64,000 bases of DNA from Candidatus Eiseniibacteriota bacterium (GTDB lineage: Bacteria; Eisenbacteria; RBG-16-71-46). The stretch covers positions 1 to 64,000 of the forward strand of contig CAVZLN010000003.1 of NCBI GenBank assembly GCA_963776245.1, written 5' to 3'. This document shows positions 1 through 11,972 of the stretch, one piece after another. The notes beneath the pieces are model-generated. The model did not search any database, was not told the origin of the DNA, and saw nothing but the letters and a program-made list of their open reading frames with translations. The translations under genes and the position numbers were made by a program. Each line of letters starts with the position of its first letter. The first letter of the stretch is position 1.

Positions 1-3000
1 ACGCTCAGCGTCTGCGCGCCGGCGCACGCCGCAACCAGGTCGGTGGCCCCGTCGCCGTCCACGTCGGTGGCCTCGAGGTCCAGTGGATTGCGCCGGGCGG
101 GGATCACAGTACGCGAGAAGTTGCCGCCGCCGGTGTTACGGAACACCACGATGGTGCTGTCGCCCGCGCACCCGACAGCGTAATCGGGCAGCGAGTCGGA
201 GTTGAAGAAGCCGGTCGCGATGCTCAGGTTGGTGTTCCCGCCGACGTACGAACGCACCGGGAACGCGCCCACTCCCGACACCACGCCGGTCGTCGTGTTG
301 TTGCGGTTGCCACTGAGGTAGTCCAGGTAGCCGTCGCGGTCGACGTCAGCCAGCGCGATGCCCGCCGGGCTCGAGAACACCGACTTGACCAGGTCGAGGC
401 GGCGGTAGGAGCGCGTCGCGCCCCCGGTGCCGGGCCCGTCGTTGAAGAAGCGCACCAGGTACGCGCCGTTCTGTCCCACCACGATGTCGAGCCATCCGTC
501 GTCGTCGAGATCGCCGAGCACCACGCGCGACGGGCTCACGCCCGCGACCAGCGTGTCGGGCGCGCCGAAGCCGAGGAGTCCGGCGCCGTAGTACACGCTC
601 ACGCGGTTGAGCGCGGGCTGCGCCACTGCGAGATCCGGCAGGCCGTCGCCGTTCAGATCGCCCACCGCGAGGTCGCGCGGACCGGGGACGGCGACCGTGG
701 CCAGCGGCACGAACGTGCCGTCGGCGAGCCCGCGCCGGACCACCACCTCGTTGGCGTCGAGACGCGCGAACGCGAGGTCCTGCACGCCATCGCCGTCGAA
801 GTCGGCGAAGGCGACCGCGGTGGCCCCACCGGCGCCGCCGACCCGCGCCACGTTCGCGTCGGCGAACATGCAGCAGCGACCGTCGTGCGACAGCACGGTG
901 AGCACCGCGTCGGGCGAGAGCAGCGGGTACGGGTCCGCGCCCAGCACACTGATCGCGTGCGTGCCGGGCGAGGCGATGTCCGCGGGGGTGAGCGTGGCGG
1001 TGAGCCGCGACGCGTTCACGTAGGTGGTGGGCCGCGGGTCGGCGTCCACGCGCACCACCGCGCCGGGGCGGAACCCGGTGCCCGTGACGGTCAGGTCGAG
1101 CGCGGTGTCGTCGGTGCGGCGGAACGCCGGCGAGACCTCGGCGATGTGCGGGCGCGCCGCGAACGGGAGGGGCACGCGCCACATGCCGCGGCCGTGGGTC
1201 GCGGCCACCATCTGATCGGTGGCGAAGTCCACGGCGATGCCCAGCACCGCGCTGCCGGGCAGGCCGGTGCCGCTCTTGCTCCAATGGGCGCCGCCGTCGC
1301 CGCTGGCGTACACGCCGTCGTTCGAGCCCACCATGAGCGCGGGCGGGGTCGCGCGGAAGTCCGCGGCCAGCGTGTTCACCTGCACGCCGGCCGGCAGGTC
1401 GCCGGTGCGATCGCTCCAGGCTCACGCCGGCGTTGCCGGAGACGAACACGCGCCCGCCGCTGTTGGCGGCCGCGCACACCACGAGGTCGTTGGGGTCCAT
1501 CGGGTTGATGAGGATCGACGGCAGCGTGACGGCCGGCAGCCCGGTGTCGCGGCGCGACCAGGCCGAGAGATTGGTGGTGAGCTGCACGCGCCCGTCGCTG
1601 GTGGACGCGACCACGGTGCTGGGGTATCCGGTCGCCACCGCGAGGCTGCGGATCACGCCGCTGCCGCCGGTGAGGTCGCCGCTGATCGCGGTCCACAGCG
1701 CGCCCTCGAGGGTGGTGCGCCACACGCGATAGGTCCCGGCCAGCAGCGTGATCGAGGCGTTGGGATCCACCGCCAGACCGCCGTTGGCCCAGCTGGCGCG
1801 GTCCGAGGTCCACGCCCCGGTGATGTTGGTCACCGAGCTGCCGGAGATGCTGCCCTTGTAGAGCGGGTTCAGGTTGACATAGCTGGCGTAGAGCACGGTG
1901 GTGTTGCTGCGGTTGAAATCCACCGGTCCCCCGTCGCCGCCCACCACCTGGGTCCAGGCCGAGGTGCCGATGTACTGCACCGTGCCGTTGTCCTGCGTGC
2001 CTCCGATGATGCGCCCGCCGCCTCCGGGCTGGACCGCGAGGGTGTAGAACTGCGTGATCGAGAGCGTGGAGTTGAGATTGGTCCAGTGCCCGCCGCGATC
2101 GGCGGAGCGCCACACCCCGCCGTCGCACCCCACCCACATCCGGCCGTCGGGGCCGAACGCGATGGCGTGGAAGTCGGGATGGACCCAGTTGTCGAGGCCG
2201 CGGGTGATGTCGGTCCACGACCCGCCCGCGTCGAGGGTGCGCACGATCCCGTAGGAGCCCGTGCCGTACGGGTACACGCCGCCGGCGAACGCCACGCTGC
2301 TGTCGGCGGGGTCGAACGCGATCACGTGGTTGTAGAAGCCCTGGCCGCCGAGGTAGTCGGGCGTGGCCGGGAGCCCGGTCCAGTGGTCGCCGCCGTCGCT
2401 CGAACGATAGAGGCCGAGCAGACGGTAGTTCGCGCTGCTGCCGAACCCCGCCAGCAGGACCTGGGGGTTGGAGGGCGAGATCGCCATGTTGACGCGGAAC
2501 ACGCCGCTGACCGGCAGCCCGGTGGTCAGCGGAAGCCACGAGGTCCCGCCGTCGGTGGAGCGGTACACGCTGCCATAGAGGAAGGCGGCGTACAGGATGG
2601 AGGGGTCCGACGGGTTCTGCACCAGGTCGGTGCACCAGCCGCCGCCGAGCGTGACCGTCCAGTTCGCGCCGGAGTCGGTGGTGCGCACCACGCCGCGCTC
2701 GCTCGCGACGAACACCGTCGAGGGGGTGGTGAGGTGCACCAGCACGCGCGCGATGTACGAGCCGACGCTGGCCGTGCCCGCGATCTTCGCCCACGTCGCG
2801 CCACCGTCGGGACTGCGGAACAGACCGTCGCCGTAGAACGAATCGAGCGCGAAGTTCTGTTCGCCGGTCCCGTACCACACGATGTCGGGGCTGATCGGAT
2901 CGATCGCCAGCGCGCCCGAGGCGAGCGAGGGCAGGCCATCGGTCACCGGCATCCACAGCGTGCCGCCGTTGATGGTCTTCCACACCCCGCCGTAGGCCGC

Positions 3001-3366
3001 GGCCGCGTACGCCACGTTGCCGTCGCGCGGGTCCACCGCGATGGAGTTCACCCGGCCCGAAGCCGGGGCATTGCCCGACCAGTACTCCGACGCGATCGGC
3101 ATCGGGCCGAGCGCGGTCCAACCGGGCAGCACCTGCGCCTGCTCGGCTCTGGCGGGCCCGGCGCCGAACATCGCGCCCACCGGCGTGCGCTCGAGCACCT
3201 CGCGCGAGTTGCGCAGCAGCTCCTCGGGCGGCGAGAACTTCGGCGGGCTCTCGCGCTCGTCCTCCCGCTCCTCGGCACCTGCGGGCGCGCAGGCGGAGAC
3301 GGCGACCAGCAGGGCGAGGAGCAGCGCGAGGGACGACGCGAAGCGGCGATGCGGGGTGCGGGTCAT
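1..3366 (-). CDS. Large secreted protein with BNR/VPS10-like propellers, an IPT/TIG-like domain and FG-GAP/VCBS repeats; +1 frameshift at ~1420; runs off the window edge
   Basis: Signal peptide (VSAC possible lipobox) and repeated S/TxDGGxxW motifs. At GTG AGC C TGG AGC GAT an extra C shifts the frame. The other frame continues WSDRTGDLP...ATHGRGMW, then DFDGDGVQD, DLNGDGLPD and DVDRDGYLD repeats with no stop to base 1. Confidence 0.85.
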
Positions 3367-3507
3367 GGCAGTCCTCGTGGGAGCGGGGCGGTCCAGCGCC
3401 CACCCGGGGCGCCCGATCGGGTCATGAGTATAGGTCTAGCCGCCCCGGCGCCGCAGGTCGAGGGGAATCGTCCAGCGGGCCCGCCGCCGCCCCGGGGGGC
3501 GACGGGG

Positions 3508-5661
3508 TCACGCGCCCTTCTCGCCCTCCACCACCGCCTTCGAGAGGTCCCATCCGCGCAGGAACAGGTCGCGCACCTCGGTGAGCAGGCGCAGGCGGTT
3601 GGCCCGCACCGCGGCGTCCTCGGCGTTCACCAGCACCTGGTCGAAGAAGGCGTGGATCGCCTCCTCCATCGCGAGCAGGGCGGGGAGGATGGCGTCGTAG
3701 TCCCGCTCCGCCCACAGCGGTGCGGTCGCGGACCGCGCCGACTCGAGCGCGGCGTGGAGCGCGCGCTCGGCCGGTTCGGACAGTCGTGCGGCGTCGAGCG
3801 CCGGAGGCAGCGTCTCGGTGGCGGCGCGCAGGATGTTGCTCACGCGCTTGAACAGCACCACCAGCGGCTCGAACCGGGCGTCGGAGCGGAAGTCCCGGAG
3901 CGTGCGGGCGCGGCGGAGCGCGTCGGCCGGATCGGTCCAGCCCGGGCGGGTGCGGCCGTCGGCGCGCGCCACCCGCGCCTCGAGCGCGGCGGCCACGGTG
4001 TCGTAGGAGAGCGCGTGGTCGGCGAGCGCCCCCTCGACGCGCCCGCGCCAGAACTCCCCGAGTCGCTTCACGATCTCCGCCTGCGGCAGGTCGGGCCCGG
4101 CCGCGAAGAAGGTGCGCGTGGCCTCCAGGGTCGCTTCGCGCAGGTCGAGCGCGAACCGGCGTTCGATCAGGATGCGGATCGCGCCATTGCCGGCGCGCCG
4201 CACCCCATACGGGTCCTCGCTGCCGCTCGGCACCTTGCCCGCCACGAACGCGCCGGCCACGTGGTCGAGCTTGTCGGCGAGCGCCAGCAGCGCGCCGGCC
4301 GCGCTCTCCGGCAGCGCGTCGCCCGGGCCGCGGGGCCGGTAGTGCTCGGCGATCGCGGCGGCCACCGCGGCGGGCTCGCCGGCGCGCTGCGCGTAGTAGC
4401 CGCCCATCACGCCCTCGAGGCTCGCGTACTCCTTGCCGCTGCCGATCATCTCGCCCAGCAGGTCGGTCTTGCACAGCAGCGCCGCGCGCCTCACGGCGTC
4501 TTCCGACTCGGGCCCCAGCCGCTGAGCCAGCCAGCCGCCCAGCGACTCGAGCCGCGCCGCCTTGTCGCGCAGCGAGCCCAGTCCTTCCATCCACACCACG
4601 CTCGCCAGCGCGTCGACGCGCTCGGCCGGCGTGTGCATGCGGTCGGTGTCCCAGTAGAACTTCGCGTCCTCGAGCCGCGCCACCAGCACGTCCTGGTTGC
4701 CCTTGCGCACGGTGTCGAGCCCGCGCCCGTCGCCGTTGCGCACCGCGATGAAGTTCGGCTTCAGGACCGCGGCAGCCGGGCCTGCGCCAGCGCTCGATAC
4801 GGCGAAGAAGCGCTGGTGCTCCTTGAGCGCGGTGATGATCACCTCGTTGGGCAGCTCGGTGAAGTGCCCCTCGAACGAACCGAGCACGGCGGTCGGCCAC
4901 TCCACCAGGAAGTTGTTGATCTCCAGCAGCTCGGCGTCCCCGATCACCGCTCCCCCGACGGACGCGGCCAGCGCGTCGACCTGCTCCCGGATCAGCGCCG
5001 CGCGCTTCGTCGGGTCGGCGATCACGTGCACGCGCTCGAGGGTGGCGAGGTACGAGGCGGCGTCGGCGATCTCGGCCGGCCCGGGGTCGAGGAAGCGATG
5101 GCCGCGCGAGACCCGCCCGGCCTCGAGACCGAACGCCCTCACCGGCACCACCTCGCGGTCGAGCAGCGCCACCAGCCAGCGCACTGGGCGGGCGAAGCGC
5201 GTGTCGTCGTCGAGCCACCGCATGGTCTTCGGGAACTGGAGCCGGGTCGCCAGCGTGGCGAGCAGCTCGGGCAGCACCTCGAGCGCGGGCTTGCCCGGGA
5301 CATGCACGGTCACCACCACGTACTCGCCCCTGGTGCTGGTGACGCGGCGCACGGCCGCGACGTCGGCGCCGCGCCCGGCGCAGAATCCGAGCAGCGCCTT
5401 GGTGGGCCTGCCCTCGGCGTCATACGCCACCTTGACCGAGGGTCCGGTGGCCTCCTCGTCGCGGTCGGGCTGGCGCTCCGCGAGCCCCTCGACCATCAGC
5501 GTGAGCCGGCGCGGCGTGCCCAGCACGCGCACCGCCGCGAACTCCAGGCGCGCCTCGGCGAGCGCGGCGCGCGCGCCCTGCTCGAGCTGTTCCAGCGCGG
5601 GCGGGAGGTAGGTCGAGGGCACTTCCTCGACGCCGATCTCGAACACCAGCCGCCGGTTCAT
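3508..5661 (-). CDS. glyS: Glycine--tRNA ligase beta subunit
   Basis: [33 protein letters not shown] and NRLRLL motifs; ATG overlaps the glyQ stop (ATGA). Confidence 0.97.
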   Translation of the reverse strand: MNRRLVFEIGVEEVPSTYLPPALEQLEQGARAALAEARLEFAAVRVLGTPRRLTLMVEGLAERQPDRDEEATGPSVKVAYDAEGRPTKALLGFCAGRGADVAAVRRVTSTRGEYVVVTVHVPGKPALEVLPELLATLATRLQFPKTMRWLDDDTRFARPVRWLVALLDREVVPVRAFGLEAGRVSRGHRFLDPGPAEIADAASYLATLERVHVIADPTKRAALIREQVDALAASVGGAVIGDAELLEINNFLVEWPTAVLGSFEGHFTELPNEVIITALKEHQRFFAVSSAGAGPAAAVLKPNFIAVRNGDGRGLDTVRKGNQDVLVARLEDAKFYWDTDRMHTPAERVDALASVVWMEGLGSLRDKAARLESLGGWLAQRLGPESEDAVRRAALLCKTDLLGEMIGSGKEYASLEGVMGGYYAQRAGEPAAVAAAIAEHYRPRGPGDALPESAAGALLALADKLDHVAGAFVAGKVPSGSEDPYGVRRAGNGAIRILIERRFALDLREATLEATRTFFAAGPDLPQAEIVKRLGEFWRGRVEGALADHALSYDTVAAALEARVARADGRTRPGWTDPADALRRARTLRDFRSDARFEPLVVLFKRVSNILRAATETLPPALDAARLSEPAERALHAALESARSATAPLWAERDYDAILPALLAMEEAIHAFFDQVLVNAEDAAVRANRLRLLTEVRDLFLRGWDLSKAVVEGEKGA

Positions 5662-6725
5662 CGCGCGCCCTCCCGGTTCCCGCCGGTGCGCGTCGGAGCC
5701 GCCTGCGAGCCTGCCCGGGCCGCGCGGGTCTCCGCGGTCTTCGCGCTGCCTTCGCGGCGCGCCTGCGCCTTCTCCTGCTCCTCGCGGTAGCGCGCCACCC
5801 AGCGTTCGCGCTCCGCCGGGTCGGGGATCAGCGGGTAGCCCAGCTCGGCGCGCAGGTGGTGGTAGGCGAGCGCGGCCTGCCGCGCGATCTTGCGCACGCG
5901 CCCGATGTAGCCCACGCGCTCGCTGACCGAGATGGCGCCGCGCGCGTCGAGCAGGTTGAACAGGTGCGAGCACTTGATGACCGCGTCGTATCCCGGCCCC
6001 ACCAGCTTGAGGTCGAGCAGGCGGCCGGCCTCGCCCTCCCACACCCTGAACATCTCGAACAGCTCCCTCACCGGGGCCTGCTCGAAGTTGTAGTGCGACC
6101 ACTCCCACTCGTTGCGCACCCACAGGTCGCCCCAGGTGACGCCCGGCGCCCACTTCAGGTCCTGCACCCGGTCGGTGCCCTGGAGCATCATGCCGATGCG
6201 GTCGAGACCGTAGGTGAGCTCGGCCGAGATCACCGGCAGCTCGAGGCCGCCGCACTGCTGGAAGTAGGTGAACTGGGAGATCTCGGTGCCGTCCATCCAC
6301 ACCTGCCAGCCGAGCCCCGAGGCGCCGAGGGTGGGCGACTCCCAGTCGTCCTCCACCAGCCGCAGGTCGTGCTCGCGCGGGTCGATGCCGATGGCCGCGA
6401 GCGAGTCGAAGTACTGGTCCACCACGTCGCCCGGGGTGGGCTTGAGCAGCACCTGGTACTGGAAGAACTGCTGGAAGCGGTTGGGGTTCTCGCCGTAGCG
6501 CCCGTCCTTGGGGCGCCGCGAGGGCTCCACGTACGCCACCCGCCACGGTTCGGGCCCCAGCGAGCGCAGGAAGGTCGCGGGATTGAACGTGCCGGCGCCC
6601 ACCTCCGACGGGTACGGCTGCTGGATCACGCACCCGCGCGCCGCCCAGAAGGCCTCGAGCGCGAGCATCATCTCCTGCAGCGAGCGGGCGGGCTTCAGAC
6701 CGTCCACCGGTCCCTCCTTCGTCAT
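5658..6725 (-). CDS. glyQ: Glycine--tRNA ligase alpha subunit
   Basis: [34 protein letters not shown] and ELTYGLDR motifs; TGATG coupling with recO. Confidence 0.98.
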   Translation of the reverse strand: MTKEGPVDGLKPARSLQEMMLALEAFWAARGCVIQQPYPSEVGAGTFNPATFLRSLGPEPWRVAYVEPSRRPKDGRYGENPNRFQQFFQYQVLLKPTPGDVVDQYFDSLAAIGIDPREHDLRLVEDDWESPTLGASGLGWQVWMDGTEISQFTYFQQCGGLELPVISAELTYGLDRIGMMLQGTDRVQDLKWAPGVTWGDLWVRNEWEWSHYNFEQAPVRELFEMFRVWEGEAGRLLDLKLVGPGYDAVIKCSHLFNLLDARGAISVSERVGYIGRVRKIARQAALAYHHLRAELGYPLIPDPAERERWVARYREEQEKAQARREGSAKTAETRAARAGSQAAPTRTGGNREGAR

Positions 6726-7486
6726 CACGCGGAGGGCAGCGAGCGCAGCAGTTCGAGCGAGCGCAGCCCCTGGAACCTCTGGAAATGGTGCTTCAGGAAG
6801 ACCTCCACCACGCGCAGGATCTCACCCGAGCGCTTGACCTCGAGGTACGTGCCCGCCTCGGCGATCGGACGCGACAGCAGCAGCGCAAGCCCCGCCAGAG
6901 CGTCGGCGGAGAGCCGCACCACCCCCGGCTCCGCCGGGGCGCAGCGCTCGCACAGCAATCCGCCGAGCGAGGGCGAGAACAGCCGCTCCGGCGACACCGC
7001 GCCCCCGCAGCGGACGCACGCATCGAGGCGCGGACGATAGCCCAGCAGGCTCGCCACTTGAAGCTCGAACGCGATGGTGATGGCCGGCAGCGCGCCGGCC
7101 GGGGCGCTGGCCACCGCCGCCAGCACCGCCACCAGCAGATCGAACAGCTCCGGATGCGGCTCCTCGCCCCACACCAGCCGGTCGATGATCTCGAGCGCCG
7201 CGCTGGCGTGCGCCAGCCGCGTGAGGTCGATGAGGTCCATGCCCAGCGGCGCCAGCGTTTCGGCCTTCGACAGCAGGTGCAGGTCGCGGTCGCGCTTGAA
7301 GTAGATGACGTAGCGCCCGCGGGTCAGCGGTTCGAGCGCGAAGCCGAACCGGCTCGGCGTCTTGCGCGCCCCCTTGGCGACGAACTTCAGCAGCCCGTGC
7401 TCGCGCGTGTACACCACCGCGATGCGGCTGGTGTCCCCGAGCGCGTGGGTCTTGAGGACGACGCCTTCGGTGGTGACGAGGGCCAT
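6725..7486 (-). CDS. recO: DNA repair protein RecO
   Basis: TEGVVLK...AKGARK OB-fold, [13 protein letters not shown]...GGLLCERC zinc finger, recO-glyQS synteny. Confidence 0.95.
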   Translation of the reverse strand: MALVTTEGVVLKTHALGDTSRIAVVYTREHGLLKFVAKGARKTPSRFGFALEPLTRGRYVIYFKRDRDLHLLSKAETLAPLGMDLIDLTRLAHASAALEIIDRLVWGEEPHPELFDLLVAVLAAVASAPAGALPAITIAFELQVASLLGYRPRLDACVRCGGAVSPERLFSPSLGGLLCERCAPAEPGVVRLSADALAGLALLLSRPIAEAGTYLEVKRSGEILRVVEVFLKHHFQRFQGLRSLELLRSLPSA

Positions 7487-7498
7487 GGAGGTGCGCGG

Positions 7499-8233
7499 CT
7501 AGGGCGGCGGCATCGCGGGCGGCGGCGCGGCGCGCGCGCTCGCGGGCCGCGCGGCCGCTTCGCTCGACGGCGGCTGCACCACGCCCGCGGACACCACGAC
7601 CTTGAGCCCTTCCTCGACCGGCCAATCGAGGTAGATGATGTCCTTGCGCGGCGCGTAATGGACGAACCCGGAGGCGGGGTTGGGCGAGTGCGGGACGAAC
7701 ACCACCTCGATGTCGTCGCCGAGCCGCGCCCGCACGTCGGCCGGCGTGCGCCCGGTGATGAACCCCACGCGCCACATGTTGGGATGCGGCCAGGCCACCA
7801 GCACGACGTGGCGGAACGCGGCCTCGCCCCGCTTGTTGATGAGCGCCTCGCCCACCGACTTCACCGAGCCATAGATGATGCCGATGCCCGGGATGCGCGA
7901 CAGGAACCCCTCCCACATCCCGAACAGCGAGCGCGTGCCGAGCCACGACGCCGTCCATCCCACCAGCACCAGCAGCAGGACGGTGACGAGCAGGCCGAGG
8001 CCGGGGATGGGCTCGTAGTGCAGCGGCACGGGCAGCTGGATCACGGACGAGACGATGCCGAGCACGTTGTTCACCAGCCGCGGCAGCAGGCCGTCCATCC
8101 AGTCGAGCAGCTTGAAGAACACGTAGAGCGAGAGCGCGGTCGGCCCGATCACGATCAGGCCGGTGAGCAGGTAGTTGCGCAGGCGGCGCATCGCGCCGGG
8201 GGCGTGCGGGGCTTCGGGAAGCGGTGGGGTCAT
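7499..8233 (-). CDS. DUF502 family membrane protein
   Basis: RNYLLTGLIVIGP, RIPGIGIIYGSVK, VFVPHSPNPASGF and EEGLKVVVSAG motifs. Confidence 0.88.
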   Translation of the reverse strand: MTPPLPEAPHAPGAMRRLRNYLLTGLIVIGPTALSLYVFFKLLDWMDGLLPRLVNNVLGIVSSVIQLPVPLHYEPIPGLGLLVTVLLLVLVGWTASWLGTRSLFGMWEGFLSRIPGIGIIYGSVKSVGEALINKRGEAAFRHVVLVAWPHPNMWRVGFITGRTPADVRARLGDDIEVVFVPHSPNPASGFVHYAPRKDIIYLDWPVEEGLKVVVSAGVVQPPSSEAAARPASARAAPPPAMPPP

Positions 8234-8392
8234 CGGGAGCGGTTTCCCTGTCTCGCCGGCGGCGGGAGCGTCACCATGAGGCACGCCCGCGTGCGGCATT
8301 CCGGCCCGCAGCGTGCAGGAGCGCCGCGCCGCGGTCAACCGGGGGCCGCCCCGCCGCCGCCGCGGCGCCGTGGCGCGCCGGACCGGGACGCG

Positions 8393-9265
8393 CTACCGCA
8401 CCTCGAAACGCACCGGGATCTCGACCCAGGCGCGCACCGCGTGCCCGGCGCGGCGCGCGGGCTGGAACCGCCAGCGCCGCACCGCTTCGACCGCCGCCGC
8501 GTCGAACGGGGGCCGCGGCGTGCGCGCGCGCGCCTCGGCCACGGAGCCGTTCTCGTCCACCAGCGCCAGCACCCTGACCTCGACCGGGCCCGGTCCGGGA
8601 GCGTCGGCCGGCCATTGCGGCGCGCGCACGTCGAGCGCGCGCGGCAGCGAGTCCACTGGCGTGGGCACCGCGAGCGGGAAGAACCGCCCCGCGCTGTCCG
8701 CCGGCAGCGGCTCGGCCAGCGCCAGCGCGGCGAACGCGCTATCGGCGGGCAGCGCGCGCTGCACCCGTTCGAGCAGGTCCTGCGCGTGCACGCCGAGGTC
8801 GATGCTGGCCGCCGGTCCGGCCGGCCCGAACACCTGCGCGCAGCGCGAGCCGAAGAACAGGATCACGCCGAGCGAGCGACCGTGGGCACGGAAGGTCACG
8901 CCCGCCACCAGTTCGTCGAGGCTGTCGCCCGGGGCGGGACGGGGCACGCAGCGCCGCAGCGAGTCCGAGGGCCCGGCCGCCAGCAGCGCGCGCCCGAAGT
9001 CGTGGCCCCACGCGGTGTCGGCGAGCGCGAACGTGAGGCGTTCGCTGCGGTAGCGGTGGCGCTCGGCGCCCTGCGCGTCCCGCACGGTGTACAGCACCGC
9101 GCGCAGGTGCTCGACCACCACGGCGTCGGAGCGGGTGATGATCTCCCGCGCTTCGAGGTAGGTGAGCGGGGCGGCCTGCACGGCCGGCGCGCCACCGGGG
9201 ACGACGCACGCCACGCCCAGCGCCCACGCGATCCGCGTCACCAGCGATCGGGCGAGCCGCCGCAC
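8393..9265 (-). CDS. Exported protein with a TonB C-terminal domain
   Basis: GGAGG RBS before GTG, signal-like N-terminus, C-terminal VLALVDENG...FDAAAVEAVRRWRFQPA...VEIPVRF. Confidence 0.8.
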   Translation of the reverse strand: MRRLARSLVTRIAWALGVACVVPGGAPAVQAAPLTYLEAREIITRSDAVVVEHLRAVLYTVRDAQGAERHRYRSERLTFALADTAWGHDFGRALLAAGPSDSLRRCVPRPAPGDSLDELVAGVTFRAHGRSLGVILFFGSRCAQVFGPAGPAASIDLGVHAQDLLERVQRALPADSAFAALALAEPLPADSAGRFFPLAVPTPVDSLPRALDVRAPQWPADAPGPGPVEVRVLALVDENGSVAEARARTPRPPFDAAAVEAVRRWRFQPARRAGHAVRAWVEIPVRFEVR

Positions 9266-9279
9266 GCGCACCTCCGCGA

Positions 9280-9750
9280 TCAGCGGGCGCCGCGGGCGAG
9301 GGCGCGATCGAGCGCGGCGATGGCGACGCGTCCGCCGCGCAACGCCGCCTGCTCGCGGGCGCGCATGCGCGCGCGGTCCTCGGCGCGCTGATGGTCGAGG
9401 CCGGCGAGGTGGAGCGCGCCATGGATCACCAGTCGCGCCAGCTCGCGCCCGGCGCTCACCCGGAACCGCTTCGCCTGGGCGCGCACCCGGTCCATGGACA
9501 CCGCCAGATCGCCGTTCACGCGCGCGCCCGTGACGGGCGCGCCCTCGTCGTACGAGAACGAGAGCACGTCGGTGGCGCGGTCCAGCCCGCGCCACTGGTG
9601 ATTGAGCATGCGCAGGTCGGCGTCGTCGGTGAGCACGATGGCGAGCTCGCCGGGCCGGAGCCGTTCGAGCGCGAGCGCGGCCGTGACCAGCGCGCGCAGC
9701 GGCACCGTGAGACCGCGGACGTCAGGTGGCGTCGCGACGGAGATCGGCAT
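9280..9750 (-). CDS. ybeY: rRNA maturation endoribonuclease YbeY
   Basis: LNHQWRG, TDVLSF and HGALHLAGLDH motifs. Confidence 0.95.
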   Translation of the reverse strand: MPISVATPPDVRGLTVPLRALVTAALALERLRPGELAIVLTDDADLRMLNHQWRGLDRATDVLSFSYDEGAPVTGARVNGDLAVSMDRVRAQAKRFRVSAGRELARLVIHGALHLAGLDHQRAEDRARMRAREQAALRGGRVAIAALDRALARGAR

Positions 9751-11950
9751 CGGGGCGGGCGGCCTTCTTGCGCGGATCGTCGGGATACGGGGCGCGCACG
9801 TGGAAGATGGCGGTGAGCACCGGGATGAACGCTTCGCGGATGCGGGCGAGGTCCTGGAGCGTGAGGCCGCAGTCGTCGAGCTGGCCGTGCTGCACGCGCT
9901 CCTCGAGGATGCGCGTCACCAGCCCCCGGATGCGGCTCGGCGTCGGCTCGGCGAGCGCGCGCGAGGCGCCTTCGACGCCGTCGGCGAGCATCAGGATGGC
10001 GGTCTCGCCCGACCGCGGCCGGGGCCCGGGATAGGAGAAGTCCTCGGCGCGCGCCGCCGGGTCGGTCTCGAGCTGCTTGTGGAAGAAGAACGCCATCACC
10101 ATGGTGCCGTGGTGCTCGGGGATGGCGGCCTGCACCGCGCGCGGCAGCCGCTGGCGCCGCGCCATCTCGAGACCCTCGGTGATGTGCGACTTCACCACCA
10201 GCGTGCTCATGCTGGGCGTGAGCCGTTCGTGCCGGCTGCGGGTGGTGGCGGGCTCGTTCTCGGCGTAGTACTCGGGCTTCGAGAGCTTGCCGATGTCGTG
10301 GTAGTAGGCCTGCACGCGCACCAGCAGCGAGTTCGCGCCGATCGCCTCGGCCGCGGACTCGGCGAGCGTGCCGACCACCATGCTGTGGTGGTAGGTGCCG
10401 GGCGCTTCGAGCTGGAGGCGCTTGAGCAGCGGACGATTGAGGTCCGACAGTTCGAGCAGCGTGATGTCGCTGGTGAGCCCGAACAGGTGCTCGACCGGCG
10501 GCAGCAGCAGGAACGCGAGCGAGACCGAGAGGAACGCGTTGGCCGAGCCCCACAGCAGGTCGCGCAGCAGCGCCTCGACCGCGGTCACGCGGGCCAGGTC
10601 CCACGCCAGGATCGCCGCCACGTTGGCGAGCGCGATGGTGAAGAACGCGCGCGCGAAGTGCCAGCGGTGGCGCAGGCGCGAGACCGAGTAGACCGCGACC
10701 ACGCCGCCCATCGCCGCCACCGGCACGAACGAGCCGCGCAGCTCGCTCACCGACATCGCGACCACCGCCAGCATCAGGGTGAACACCAGCGCCGGGCGCT
10801 TCTCGAGCAGCGACGCCACCACCAGCGGCGCGAGCGCCAGCGGCACCGTGAACTCCGAGAGCCCGAGCTGGTTCACCAGCAGTTCGGCGCTCCCGAGCAC
10901 CACCGCGGTGAGCAGCGCGAACATCGCCATCATCGCGTTGTCGCGGTAGACCCCGGGCAGTTCCATGCGCAGGTAGGTCGCGAACACCGCGATGAACAGC
11001 AGCATGAGCAGCATGCGCGCGACCGGGGGATAGAGGAACTCGGTGCGGCTCTTGCGCGCCTCCTCGAGGTTCGCCAGCGAGCGCAGCTTGAGCAGCGCGT
11101 CGCGCGTGATGCGCTGATTGGCGTCCACGATCAGCTCGTCCTTCTTCACGAACCCGACGGTGGAGGGCACCAGGCCCTGCGCCTGCACCCGCCGCCACTC
11201 GGTCTCGGCGCGGTCGGAGAGCACGTTGGCGACCACGAACGGCTGCGCCAGCTCGGCGGTCAGCCGCACGCCGGTGGGGTCCTCGGCGAACGCGGCGCGG
11301 GCGCGGCTCTCGATCAGCGACTGCGCCTCGCGCTTGTCGTAGAGCAGGCTCACCGCGCGCGGCGCCTCGACGTCGCCGTCGCGCACCTGAACCGTGCGAT
11401 AGCCCTGCACCGTGCCGCTGCGCTTCTCGAGCACCACGCCGGCCTCGTAGATCTCGTGGAGCCACCCGCCCATCTCGCGCAGCACGCGCCGGGCGCGGCC
11501 CGAGGCGGCGAGCGCCCGCGCGCCCTCCTCGCTGAGCGGCACCCCGAGCGCGCGCAGGCGCACCGCGCGCACGTCGGTGCGCAGGTTGGGGTCGAGCGCC
11601 AGCGTCAGCGCGCGCTCCTGGAACGCCGCGAAGCGACTGAGGCTCTCGCCCGAGACGCGCGCGTCCACCACCAGCACGGGCGGCACGGCGGCGGCGGCCA
11701 GCTCCTGCTGGCGGCGCAGCGAAGCCTCGTCCTTGAGCACGCGGAAGTCGTACGGAGCCACCTTGCGCTCGCGCGCGATGTCCCCTTCGCGGTAACGCAG
11801 GTCCTGCGACGGGCCGTGTCCGCCCGGCAGCGCGCCGGCCACCGCGAGCATGGTGGCCACCAGCAGCAGGCGCACCGCGAAGTAGCCCCAGCGGAAGGGA
11901 CGCGCCCGGTCGGGCAGCGCGGGGACCGCGACCGGATCCTGCGTGCTCAT
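9722..11950 (-). CDS. 7TM-HD (HDIG) phosphohydrolase, PgpH-like
   Basis: Extracellular domain, ~7 TM helices, APGTYHHS, YYHDIGK, EHHGT and LMLADGVE motifs; phoH-HD-ybeY synteny. Confidence 0.92.
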   Translation of the reverse strand: MSTQDPVAVPALPDRARPFRWGYFAVRLLLVATMLAVAGALPGGHGPSQDLRYREGDIARERKVAPYDFRVLKDEASLRRQQELAAAAVPPVLVVDARVSGESLSRFAAFQERALTLALDPNLRTDVRAVRLRALGVPLSEEGARALAASGRARRVLREMGGWLHEIYEAGVVLEKRSGTVQGYRTVQVRDGDVEAPRAVSLLYDKREAQSLIESRARAAFAEDPTGVRLTAELAQPFVVANVLSDRAETEWRRVQAQGLVPSTVGFVKKDELIVDANQRITRDALLKLRSLANLEEARKSRTEFLYPPVARMLLMLLFIAVFATYLRMELPGVYRDNAMMAMFALLTAVVLGSAELLVNQLGLSEFTVPLALAPLVVASLLEKRPALVFTLMLAVVAMSVSELRGSFVPVAAMGGVVAVYSVSRLRHRWHFARAFFTIALANVAAILAWDLARVTAVEALLRDLLWGSANAFLSVSLAFLLLPPVEHLFGLTSDITLLELSDLNRPLLKRLQLEAPGTYHHSMVVGTLAESAAEAIGANSLLVRVQAYYHDIGKLSKPEYYAENEPATTRSRHERLTPSMSTLVVKSHITEGLEMARRQRLPRAVQAAIPEHHGTMVMAFFFHKQLETDPAARAEDFSYPGPRPRSGETAILMLADGVEGASRALAEPTPSRIRGLVTRILEERVQHGQLDDCGLTLQDLARIREAFIPVLTAIFHVRAPYPDDPRKKAARPDADLRRDAT

Positions 11951-11972
11951 GCGATCCTCCGGAGACGCGCGC

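Noticed and set aside
1219..5790. Very long antisense or alternate-frame ORFs (1523 aa here; also 42721-45840, 52098-54941, 59905-63594)
   Set aside because: Shadow ORFs of real genes in very GC-rich DNA; Arg/Ala/Gly-rich with no recognisable motifs.
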